From the NCBI GenBank assembly GCA_013359225.1, contig JABWCG010000002.1:113470-177469 (forward strand): DNA of 64,000 bases. Reading direction: 5' to 3'. The DNA comes from Candidatus Buchananbacteria bacterium (GTDB lineage Bacteria; Patescibacteriota; Patescibacteriia; Buchananbacterales; UBA6539). The notes under the pieces are model-generated. The model saw only the letters and a program-made list of their open reading frames with translations. It searched no databases and was not told the origin of the DNA. Position 1 is the stretch's first letter. Every line of letters starts with the position of its first letter. A program made the position numbers and the translations under genes. This document shows positions 56,314 through 64,000 of the stretch, piece by piece.

Positions 56314-58110
56314 ATGATTAAAAAAAACGCATTACCTATTTTTCGAATAATCGTTGTTTTTTCACTGCTGCTGCAGCCGGTGTTTGTTTCGGCCAGTTTG
56401 TCGGGCGCTGTTAGTTATTTGGAAAGTCAGGTTGATGATCCTTGGATTACAATGGCACTCGTGGCTTCTGGCCAGACGAATATCCCAACCGGTCATTTAA
56501 AACAAGTTTCCGGAACAAGTGCCACTGATTATGCTAAAACGATTTTAGCCTTAGCGGCCCTGGGCAAAGACCCCTCGACATTTGGCAACGTTGATTATGT
56601 CGCTGCGTTGGAAGATACATTTGACGGCACACAAATTGGCGACGTGAATTTGTTAAATGATGACATGTGGGGCATATTAGCATTGGCAAGCGTTGGCAAA
56701 AAAACTTCAGCGGCAGTTACTGCCACTAAAACCTACTTATTGTCAAAACAAAACAGCGACGGCGGTTGGAGTTATTCAGCGGGAGCTGGTTCTGATACTA
56801 ACGATACCGCTGCTGCAGTCATCGCGTTAATTGAAGCAGGAGTTGGAGCAAATAATGAAGTAATTACTAAGGCGTTAGCGTATATCAAATCAGCGCAAAA
56901 CAGCGACGGCGGCGTTGGTTATCAACCGGGCAACGGCTCAGACGCCGGCTCAGACGCTTGGACGATTTCAGCCTTAATTAAAGCGGGAGTCAACCCGAGT
57001 GGCTGGACGAAGAACAATATCAGTCCGATTCAACACCTTGAATCCTTGCAAGACGAAGATGGCGGTTATTGGTGGGTTACCGAAGGTACCTCAGAATGGA
57101 ACAATAAAGCTATGACTGCATATGCGGTTATCGCTTTAAGCGGTGCCACCTATCCGGTTGGGTATTATCAATCAGGAGCTGCTAACGATGGTGAATTTCA
57201 TTTGAGAATTGAAGGTGCTAGTAATACTATTTGTGATACGTTTGTCGCCGGCGTTACAGCGCTTGATTTAGTTAAAAATGCCGCGGCGGAATGTGGATAT
57301 TCATATACGATTACTCAGGAGTCATTTGGTCCGTATTTGCGAGAAATCGCTGGCGAGACAGCTTCCGGATTGAATGGGTGGTTATACTTTGTAAACAGTG
57401 CTTCACCAATCGTTGGCGCGGCTGATTACCATTTAGCGTCTGGTGATGAAGTGTTGTGGTATTTTGGTGAGTGGGGAGTTATGCCGACGCGCTTGAATGT
57501 GAGTGAAACTCAAGTTGATCCCGGCCAGGCAATTGATGTAGTGGCTGAATATTTTGATGGCAGTTCTTGGCGTCCGGTTTCCGGTGCAACTATTAAGGTG
57601 AATGATGAAGTCCGGCAAGCGGGTACTAACGGTACGCTTGCCCTACAAATTTATGAAAATGGTATTTATCGGATTTATGCCGACCATGCTGGGTATGTCA
57701 GAAGTAATACAGTGACAGTGACGGTTGGTGACACAGTTAATCAGAATGTTGGTTTACAGGTTGAGATTAATCAGGGCACGGCTGGCGTTATCGGCGGTGA
57801 GGCAATTGCTTTAGTGGTTGATGCTTCTGATATTGATTTTGGCCCATTGGCTCCGGGACACGGCAGTGAGGCTGAGGTGGTCATATCAAATCAGGGAACA
57901 GTTAATCTTGGTGTTGGCACCCAGGTCAGCGGTGACGTGGTTTTCACCAAGGGTTTAAAGATTAACGACGCCGCTCATGCCGAGTATGCCGACACCCTGG
58001 TTGCCGGCCAGAGTAAATCAACAAAAGTTGTTTTAAATGTACCTAGTGATTATCTGGCTTCTGGCGTCAAAACGGGAGAGCTAACTTTTTGGGCAACTGT
58101 TCAACCGTAA
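56314..58110 (+). CDS. Secreted transcobalamin/intrinsic-factor-like putative cobalamin-binding protein. It has a signal peptide, a prenyltransferase/terpene-cyclase-like alpha/alpha-toroid, a DUF4430 (transcobalamin-like C-terminal) domain and two beta-sandwich domains.
   Basis: The repeated 'SDGGWSYSAGAGSDTNDTAAAVIALIEAG', 'SDGGVGYQPGNGSDAGSDAWTISALIKAG' and 'EDGGYWWVTEGTSEWNNKAMTAYAVIALSG' match alpha-toroid repeats. The DUF4430-like segment is '...GPYLREIAGETASGLNGWLYFVNSASPIVGAADYHLASGDEVLWYF'. The gene lies directly downstream of the Cbl riboswitch. Confidence 0.5.
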   Translation: MIKKNALPIFRIIVVFSLLLQPVFVSASLSGAVSYLESQVDDPWITMALVASGQTNIPTGHLKQVSGTSATDYAKTILALAALGKDPSTFGNVDYVAALEDTFDGTQIGDVNLLNDDMWGILALASVGKKTSAAVTATKTYLLSKQNSDGGWSYSAGAGSDTNDTAAAVIALIEAGVGANNEVITKALAYIKSAQNSDGGVGYQPGNGSDAGSDAWTISALIKAGVNPSGWTKNNISPIQHLESLQDEDGGYWWVTEGTSEWNNKAMTAYAVIALSGATYPVGYYQSGAANDGEFHLRIEGASNTICDTFVAGVTALDLVKNAAAECGYSYTITQESFGPYLREIAGETASGLNGWLYFVNSASPIVGAADYHLASGDEVLWYFGEWGVMPTRLNVSETQVDPGQAIDVVAEYFDGSSWRPVSGATIKVNDEVRQAGTNGTLALQIYENGIYRIYADHAGYVRSNTVTVTVGDTVNQNVGLQVEINQGTAGVIGGEAIALVVDASDIDFGPLAPGHGSEAEVVISNQGTVNLGVGTQVSGDVVFTKGLKINDAAHAEYADTLVAGQSKSTKVVLNVPSDYLASGVKTGELTFWATVQP

Positions 58111-58113
58111 ATT

Positions 58114-58593
58114 ATGTTTAGATCAATTGGAGCATTACTTTTATTGATACACTTCCTGGTTGGGCCGGCGGCTGCGGCGGTTGGCGTGGCGGTTAAACCG
58201 GTGCAGCTTACTTTGCAGGGAACAACGATGCGGGCCGCGGCGGGAGAATTTTTGGTGGCGAATGTTGATCAAGTTCCGGCATTGTATCAGGTGTCAGCGG
58301 ATCAATTTGGTGATATAATTTCATTTGATTCGGCTGATTTTCAGCTGCAGCCTCAGGAAACCAGAATTGTTAAGTTTAAAGCTTGGTTTGTCAGTCCAGG
58401 AACTTTTCAAACCAATATTTCAGTTGCCGCTAAACCGCTTGGGAACAGCGGTCTGGCCGCCGCTTCAGGCGTTAAAGTTCCGCTTACCATTACGGTGGGT
58501 GGAATTTCACTCATGGCGTTGATTGGCTTAATCATGGTTTTTTGTTTAGTCTTGGCAATATTGCTGATGATAAGATTAAAAAAGAAAAAATAA
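58114..58593 (+). CDS. Small surface protein with an N-terminal signal peptide, a beta-rich domain and a C-terminal TM anchor ending in KKKK
   Basis: MFRSIGALLLLIHFLVGPAAAAV...GISLMALIGLIMVFCLVLAILLMIRLKKKK. It is translationally coupled to the upstream gene, with a 3-nt gap. Confidence 0.4.
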   Translation: MFRSIGALLLLIHFLVGPAAAAVGVAVKPVQLTLQGTTMRAAAGEFLVANVDQVPALYQVSADQFGDIISFDSADFQLQPQETRIVKFKAWFVSPGTFQTNISVAAKPLGNSGLAAASGVKVPLTITVGGISLMALIGLIMVFCLVLAILLMIRLKKKK

Positions 58594-58624
58594 TTTTTAA
58601 GAAATAATTCTTAGCCATAATCAT

Positions 58625-59056
58625 ATGAAGTTAATCGTTCGGGCCGTCATCATTGTCGCGATTTTTATTGCGGGATTTTTCGTCGGCAATCAATATCAGA
58701 CAATTTTTGACAGCAGTGTTAAACAAACTGAAAACCAATCAACAGCGATTAATGTCATGATTGATAGCGGCAAAGAGATTAAACTGTATGAAAGAGTTTC
58801 TATTGCCGAAAATGAAACGGTATTTGAATTATTGAAAAAGATTGCCGATGAAAACAATCTGGAGTTAGGCTACAAGGATTTTGGCGGTGAGCTGGGCGTC
58901 ATGATAGAATCAATCGGCGGTGTTAAGAATGACGTTAGCAGTAACGGGTTTTGGCAGTATTGGGTTAACAATTCTTATGCTCAGGTTGGGCCAAGCAGCT
59001 ATCGGATACACGCCGGTGATTCAATAACCTGGAAATATGTCACTAATCAATTTTAA
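58625..59056 (+). CDS. Membrane-anchored standalone DUF4430 (transcobalamin-like beta-domain) protein
   Basis: It has an N-terminal TM helix. The segment '...LELGYKDFGGELGVMIESIGGVKNDVSSNGFWQYWVNNSYAQVGPSSYRIHAGDSITWKYV' parallels the DUF4430 segment of the upstream gene. Confidence 0.45.
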   Translation: MKLIVRAVIIVAIFIAGFFVGNQYQTIFDSSVKQTENQSTAINVMIDSGKEIKLYERVSIAENETVFELLKKIADENNLELGYKDFGGELGVMIESIGGVKNDVSSNGFWQYWVNNSYAQVGPSSYRIHAGDSITWKYVTNQF

Positions 59057-59069
59057 TAACTCATATACT

Positions 59070-59609
59070 ATGAATACCAAGTTTAAATTAGCCACTGCAG
59101 CCCTATTAATTGTTTTAGGAGTAACCTGTCGTTTGTTGCCACATTTGTGGAACTTTGTTCCCGTAACTGCCATTGCTTTGTTCGCCGGATTTTATTTTGG
59201 TCGGCGGTATGCTTTGGTGTTGCCGTTAGTGATCGCTTTCGTCAGCGATTTATTTCTTGGGTTTTATCAGTGGCAATTAATGCTGGCAGTGTATCTGAGT
59301 TTTATGGTGGTCGGTATGATTGGTTTTATGGTTAGAAAATACAAGAACGTTGAAACAATTATAGCCGCCAGCATCAGTTCGTCGGTTTTGTTTTATTTAG
59401 TAACTAACTGGGCAGTCTGGCGATTTTCGCCGTGGTACGAAAAGTCTGTTAACGGATTACTTAGCTCTTATGTTTTGGCCGTGCCGTTTTTTAGGAATGC
59501 CCTGCTGGGTGATTTATTTTATACGGCGGTATTGTTTGGCTCGTATGAATTAGTGCATTTGATGGTTAGCCGCCATCGTCGTCTGTCAGCATTGGTTGAA
59601 ACAAAATAA
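59070..59609 (+). CDS. Small polytopic membrane protein; candidate ECF S-component-like (CbrT/BtuM-like) corrinoid transporter
   Basis: It is about 180 aa with 5-6 TM helices (LIVLGVTCRLLPHLWNFVPVTAIALFAGFYFG...). It is the last gene of the riboswitch-controlled unit. The function is assigned by context only. Confidence 0.3.
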   Translation: MNTKFKLATAALLIVLGVTCRLLPHLWNFVPVTAIALFAGFYFGRRYALVLPLVIAFVSDLFLGFYQWQLMLAVYLSFMVVGMIGFMVRKYKNVETIIAASISSSVLFYLVTNWAVWRFSPWYEKSVNGLLSSYVLAVPFFRNALLGDLFYTAVLFGSYELVHLMVSRHRRLSALVETK

Positions 59610-59611
59610 AT

Positions 59612-59652
59612 CTAAAACCCCGCCCCCGATGTTTCAAGAAGGCGGGGTTTTT
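59612..59652 (+). terminator. Rho-independent terminator ending the B12 operon
   Basis: AAAACCCCGCCCCCGATGTTTCAAGAAGGCGGGGTTTTTATTTTTGG. Confidence 0.6.
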
Positions 59653-59685
59653 ATTTTTGGCTAAATATTGTATAATATATTTCGT

Positions 59686-60054
59686 ATGGACCAAAAAGAT
59701 CAGCCAATTTTTGACCAGAGTCAGGCTCGTAGCTCGGTTAATGAAATAGGTTTTGCCGATAGTGATATTCGCCAATTATTGGAAGAAAATTTGCAAGCCA
59801 CCAAGCAGGTGCAGGAGTCACTGGCAAAAATTAACCGTTGGATTGCGTTTCAAAAAGTGTGGGGGGTTATTAAAACATTGATTATTATTATTCCGCTGCT
59901 GTTAGGGCTGATCTATTTGCCTGCTTTATTGCAGAATGTTATTAGTCCATACCAAGAATTGCTTAAAGTTGGTTTGCCTGATACTGCCGGTGATGAAGGA
60001 CTGCTTGATAAAGTTAATGAACTTTTAAATGCCAACCAGAACACAAATCAGTAA
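59686..60054 (+). CDS. Hypothetical protein with one TM helix, possibly leaderless
   Basis: TATAAT sits 9 nt upstream of the ATG at 59686 and there is no SD. The six-frame ORF starts at an upstream TTG. Confidence 0.35.
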   Translation: MDQKDQPIFDQSQARSSVNEIGFADSDIRQLLEENLQATKQVQESLAKINRWIAFQKVWGVIKTLIIIIPLLLGLIYLPALLQNVISPYQELLKVGLPDTAGDEGLLDKVNELLNANQNTNQ

Positions 60055-60367
60055 ATCCGGGTTGACTCAGTTCCAAATTGCGGTTTTGCAAAAATTACAG
60101 TCGGTGCCAAGGGGTAGGGTAACAACATATCAGTATTTAGCGCGCGCCATCGGCCGGCCGAGGGCAGTTCGAGCGGTTGGCAACGCTTTAAACGCTAATC
60201 CATGGATTATTAGCGTGCCCTGTCATCGGGTGGTGCGAAATAACGGCGAAATTGGCGGCTATGCGCGAGGAGCGAAAAGGAAAGCATTGGTTTTAAAAAA
60301 TGAGGGGATTATGACGCGGCAGGGAAAAATTGTTGATTTTGAAAAAAAGCTTTATCGTTTTGGTTAA
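60029..60367 (+). CDS. ogt: Methylated-DNA--protein-cysteine methyltransferase (DNA-binding and active-site domain only)
   Basis: It has the active site 'ISVPCHRVV' and the helix-turn-helix 'YQYLARAIGRPRAVRAVGNALNANP'. Confidence 0.7.
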   Translation: MPTRTQISKSGLTQFQIAVLQKLQSVPRGRVTTYQYLARAIGRPRAVRAVGNALNANPWIISVPCHRVVRNNGEIGGYARGAKRKALVLKNEGIMTRQGKIVDFEKKLYRFG

Positions 60368-60395
60368 TTCAATGTCTAATTAATATTAGGTACAT

Positions 60396-60794
60396 ATGTC
60401 TCAAAGAACTATTGTCATCTTTGGCTTATTCCTGGTTATTTCAATTGTCGGAGGAATTTTTATTTATTTCTATCAAGGCTACGCCGAGCAATTGATTAGC
60501 CGGTACGTTTCAAAAATTACGGTTTGTGAAAATATTTCAAACGAAGAAGTGTGCTATGCTAAAGAATTCTGCGAGGGCATTTATGGCCCCACTTGTCCTG
60601 ACTGCAACGATAGTGCTTTTCGTCGCTGTCAGCGCATACCATTGAACGTGTTAGCTAAAACTGAACAGTCAAAATCGTTATGCACTAAAACCGGCGGCGA
60701 ATGGTTTCATGGTAAAATGGGTGATTTTTGTGTCTGCCAGGAAATTGGAGTTAACAAAGTATTTGATGCAGCGCAGGGCTGTATTAATAAATAA
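60396..60794 (+). CDS. Hypothetical membrane-anchored Cys-rich protein
   Basis: It has an N-terminal TM helix and 10 Cys residues, with no recognisable family. Confidence 0.3.
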   Translation: MSQRTIVIFGLFLVISIVGGIFIYFYQGYAEQLISRYVSKITVCENISNEEVCYAKEFCEGIYGPTCPDCNDSAFRRCQRIPLNVLAKTEQSKSLCTKTGGEWFHGKMGDFCVCQEIGVNKVFDAAQGCINK

Positions 60795-60800
60795 TTATTT

Positions 60801-61902
60801 ATGAAAGACATTGTTCAAAATTTTAAGGCCTTAGCCAAAGCAATTGCGGCAACCAGGAGGTTACTTTGACCTTGATGGTTTGAGGCGAGAAATAAAAATA
60901 TTAGAATCAGAAATCGTTAAACCTGATTTTTGGCAAAACCAAGACCGGGCAAAACAAATTTCTCGACGCAGTGAAAGTATTCGATCAACCGTTGAGCAGT
61001 GGGATACGCTTGACCGAGAAGTTGCTGATAACGCCAAACTAGCCCAGGAGGCTATTGATCAGCAGGATGAATCATTGCTTGGTGAACTAGAACAAGAATA
61101 TATTCGGCTGAGAAAAGTTTTTGAGAAGCTGGAATTTCTTGTTTTATTTTCTCAAAAATATGATAGTAATGATGCGATCATCTCCATTCATGCCGGCACG
61201 GGCGGCATCGAGGCGCAAGATTGGGCCGAAATGTTGTTGCGAATGTATCTAAGATTTTGTGAACGTAAAAATTTTGTTGTTACTGTTATTGATGAAACCA
61301 GGGGGCAGGAAGCGGGGATTAAAAGTGCAACAGTTCAGATTGGAGGGTATTACGCGTATGGTAACCTGAAATCAGAAGCTGGAGTTCACCGTTTGGTTAG
61401 AATTTCGCCATTTGATGCTGAAAAGATGAGACACACGTCTTTTGCTTTAGTTGAAGTATTGCCGGTTTTGACCGATACTCAAGCAGTAAAGATTAATGAG
61501 TCGGATTTAAAGATTGACACTTTTCGTTCCGGCGGTCCGGGCGGGCAAAGTGTTAACACTACTGACTCGGCGGTTCGCCTTACTCATCTGCCGTCAGGAC
61601 TGGTGGTTAAAGTCCAAAACGAACGGTCGCAGCAGCAGAATAAGCAAACAGCGCTTAAGTTGTTGCAGGCTAAACTGGCTAAATTGCAGGAAGCGGCTAA
61701 GGGGCAAGAGCTGGCAAAAATCAGAGGGGAAGTGCTTTCAGCGGAATGGGGCAATCAGATCAGATCATACGTACTTCAGCCGTATAAGCTGGTGAAGGAT
61801 CACCGAACTGATTTTGAGAGCAAGGAGCCTGATGATGTTTTGAACGGAGAGCTTGACGGTTTTGTCGAAAGTTATCTAAGATATATAAATAAAAATTCAT
61901 AA
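60801..61902 (+). CDS. prfB: Peptide chain release factor 2, expressed through a programmed +1 ribosomal frameshift (join 60801..60866, 60868..61902)
   Basis: It has the GGQ motif 'SGGPGGQSVNTTDSAVRLTHLPSG'. The zero frame runs ATG...AGGAGG TTA CTT TGA and stops after 22 codons. A +1 shift at CTT-T-GAC continues into the RF2 body (…YFDLDGLRREIK…). Confidence 0.9.
60855..60870 (+). promoter_or_regulatory. prfB autoregulatory +1 frameshift site (internal SD AGGAGG, then CTT TGA C)
   Basis: This is the canonical RF2 recoding signal read directly from the sequence: an SD-like AGGAGG 3 nt upstream of the CUU UGA C slippery/stop context. Confidence 0.85.
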
Positions 61903-61911
61903 TTGGTAAAT

Positions 61912-62847
61912 ATGCCGAAAGTATTGGTCACTGGCGGGGCGGGGTTTATTGGGTCACATTTGTGTCGTTATCTATTGGAACGGGGAAACCAGGTTGTTTG
62001 CCTGGATAATTTTTTTACTGGCCAAAAACGTAATATTAAAGATTTGTTGGATAACAAAAATTTTTTGCTTTTAGAACATGACGTCACTAATCCGTTTGAG
62101 GCAGAAGTTGACCAAATTTATAATCTAGCTTGCCCGGCGTCGCCGGTTCATTACCAAAAAACGCCGGTGGAAACGGTACGAACCAATGTTTTGGGAGCCA
62201 TTAATTGTCTTGAACTTTCTAAGAAGTTGGGCGGGATTCGGGTGTTGCAGGCATCCACTTCCGAAGTCTACGGTGATCCCGAGGTTCATCCACAAACGGA
62301 AAAATATAATGGCAATGTTAACCCGATTGGTCCGCGCGCCTGCTATGACGAAGGCAAACGTTGCGCCGAGACATTATTTTTTGATTATCATCGTGAAAGC
62401 CGGGTACCAATTAAAGTTGTCAGAATTTTTAATACTTATGGGCCAAACATGTCCTGGGATGACGGACGAGTTGTCTCAAATTTTATTACTCAGGCACTTA
62501 AGGGTGAACCGATCACTATTTATGGCAGTGGTAATCAAACCCGGTCATTTTGTTATGTTGATGATATGGTTTCTGGTTTGTATCAGATGATGGAGCTTGA
62601 TGATGATTGGACCGGTCCGGTTAATCTTGGTAATCCCGGAGAGTTTACTATTAAAGAGCTGGCGGAAACAATTATCAAAATGACTAACAGTACGAGTAAG
62701 ATTATTTTTAAAGATTTGCCGCAGGACGATCCGAAACAGCGAAAGCCCGATATTAGTCTGGCTAAAACGCGATTACAGTGGCAGCCGAACGTTGACCTTG
62801 CGGCTGGGCTAGAAAAAACCATTAATTATTTTAAAGACGTGTTATGA
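61912..62847 (+). CDS. uxs: UDP-glucuronate decarboxylase (UDP-xylose synthase), SDR family
   Basis: '[59 protein letters not shown]' closely matches UXS. YxxxK is present. Confidence 0.8.
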   Translation: MPKVLVTGGAGFIGSHLCRYLLERGNQVVCLDNFFTGQKRNIKDLLDNKNFLLLEHDVTNPFEAEVDQIYNLACPASPVHYQKTPVETVRTNVLGAINCLELSKKLGGIRVLQASTSEVYGDPEVHPQTEKYNGNVNPIGPRACYDEGKRCAETLFFDYHRESRVPIKVVRIFNTYGPNMSWDDGRVVSNFITQALKGEPITIYGSGNQTRSFCYVDDMVSGLYQMMELDDDWTGPVNLGNPGEFTIKELAETIIKMTNSTSKIIFKDLPQDDPKQRKPDISLAKTRLQWQPNVDLAAGLEKTINYFKDVL

Positions 62848-63494
62848 AAAAATATTATTTAGGACTGATGCTGATTCTGGCTGCGGTGATGGTCGGTTGT
62901 GTTGGCCAAATTAAAACCCTGGCCGACGTGGTGGCGCTTTCTGCTAAAAATACCAACTATAAGTATCAGCAGATTGATCCGGCGAATCCGAGTGAATCAA
63001 CAGAAATATTTTTTAAAGATGGCAAAGTAAAAATTAAGAGTCCAATTGGCGACACATATATTGATCAGGCCGCTAATCGGTTATATGCCGGATCCAGTCA
63101 AGAAGCGCTGCAAAACATTTTTATTTTTTCTGATATTCCAACTCAGCTCCAGGAATTTTTGAAATATAATTTAGTTATTCCAGTTAATCAGCTTGATATT
63201 AGTAAAACGTATCTGAAAAAAGAAAAGATTGGCGATAAAGACACTTTTGTTTTTGAACTGTTGGATGCTCAGGAAGAGTATGACTACACTACGACGGTTT
63301 GGTTTTGGGATGAAAACGGTTTGCCGGTACAATTTAGAATTACCAATAATACGACTGGTAACAGTATTGATATTCAAGTCCAAAATATTGAGTTTGGAGT
63401 CGTCACTGACGATGACGTCACAGTGCCGGCTACGGCGCGGTTGTTGGATTCAACCCAGGCCATACCGGAAGACTTAATTAATAATAATCAATAA
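62844..63494 (+). CDS. Hypothetical lipoprotein
   Basis: The signal peptide has a lipobox (LAAVMVGC). No recognisable domain. Confidence 0.4.
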   Translation: MKKYYLGLMLILAAVMVGCVGQIKTLADVVALSAKNTNYKYQQIDPANPSESTEIFFKDGKVKIKSPIGDTYIDQAANRLYAGSSQEALQNIFIFSDIPTQLQEFLKYNLVIPVNQLDISKTYLKKEKIGDKDTFVFELLDAQEEYDYTTTVWFWDENGLPVQFRITNNTTGNSIDIQVQNIEFGVVTDDDVTVPATARLLDSTQAIPEDLINNNQ

Positions 63495-63495
63495 T

Positions 63496-64000
63496 GTGAA
63501 GTTGTTAGTTACCGGAGGCGCCGGGTTTATTGGCAGTAGCGTTGTTGATGCCCTGATTGAAAAAGGGCACGACGTTGTGGTAGTTGATGATTTGTCAACC
63601 GGTGAGAAAAAAAATATCAATCCTAAAGCCAAGTTTTATAAGTTGGATATTGGTGACGAAAAGAAAATAGAAAAAGTTTTTAAAGCTGAAAAGCCGCAGG
63701 CAGTGTTTCATTTGGCGGCCCAAATTGACGTACGTAAATCGGTTGCCGATCCGGTCGGTGACGCGCACAAGAATATTATTGCCGGGTTAACGCTTTTGGA
63801 ATCTTGCCGAAAACATCAGGTTGCTAAAGTAATTTTTTCTTCAACCGGCGGCGCGATTTATGGTGATACTGAATCGCGACCAACCGCCGAAAACCACCCC
63901 GAGTCGCCGGTTTCGCCTTATGGTATTGCCAAATTGACCCTGGAAAAATATCTTTATTTTTATCACTATGCCTATGGCTTATCGTACGTTGTGTTACGCT
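63496..64000 (+). CDS. galE: UDP-glucose 4-epimerase-like NAD-dependent epimerase, 3' partial (runs off the window)
   Basis: It uses a GTG start. '[41 protein letters not shown]...' matches GalE. The ORF is open to the window end. Confidence 0.7.
   Translation, partial: MKLLVTGGAGFIGSSVVDALIEKGHDVVVVDDLSTGEKKNINPKAKFYKLDIGDEKKIEKVFKAEKPQAVFHLAAQIDVRKSVADPVGDAHKNIIAGLTLLESCRKHQVAKVIFSSTGGAIYGDTESRPTAENHPESPVSPYGIAKLTLEKYLYFYHYAYGLSYVVLR

Noticed and set aside
1-64000. CRISPR arrays, transposases, integrases, phage genes
   Set aside because: There are no short regularly spaced direct repeats and no recombinase, transposase or phage structural signatures in any frame. The mosaic island at 10.9-15.6 kb lacks a detectable mobility gene.

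Overview
The window is 64 kb of a roughly 40% GC bacterial genome read with the standard genetic code: a 17.3 kb ORF is unbroken with TGA as stop. The gene content suggests a Candidate Phyla Radiation (Patescibacteria)-like organism: short housekeeping genes, a reduced Rel enzyme, a class II RNR, no biosynthetic pathways and very large surface proteins. This lineage call is inference only.

Housekeeping genes with confident calls are glyQS, an M16 peptidase, parA-parB, a small Rel (p)ppGpp enzyme, topA-folC-dprA, pth, der, an LCP protein, a GDPD, lepB, hisS, rpsU, yqeY, ybeY, ftsA-ftsZ, ogt, prfB (carrying the classic +1 programmed frameshift), UDP-xylose synthase and the start of galE. I also support four tRNA genes: tRNA-Met and initiator tRNA-fMet in tandem, tRNA-Leu(CAA) and tRNA-Val(CAC).

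Three accessory regions stand out:
- At about 10.9-15.6 kb there is a compositionally mosaic island. It holds two cysteine-rich secreted proteins that share a distinctive N-terminal leader, a GC-rich and probably foreign secreted-protein gene, a 1 kb structured non-coding stretch and a GC-rich micro-ORF.
- At 28.0-50.0 kb a 958-aa protein and a 5756-aa giant protein lie in tandem, each beginning with a TrbC/VirB2-like pilin module. The giant protein carries Myxococcus-type Cys-rich repeats, a LamG domain, TSP3 repeats, a VWA domain, MopE-like metal-binding motifs and a ~1.6 kb internal tandem duplication. Two membrane proteins with TSP3 repeats follow it.
- At 53.1-59.7 kb there is a coherent cobalamin locus. 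Adenosylcobalamin-dependent nrdJ and the corrinoid adenosyltransferase cobO are followed by a cobalamin riboswitch. The riboswitch controls a secreted transcobalamin-like protein (an alpha/alpha-toroid followed by a DUF4430 domain), a small surface protein, a standalone DUF4430 protein and a small polytopic membrane protein that may be the transporter.

The last locus is my best candidate for an undescribed B12-scavenging system. No CRISPR array, transposase or integrase was seen.
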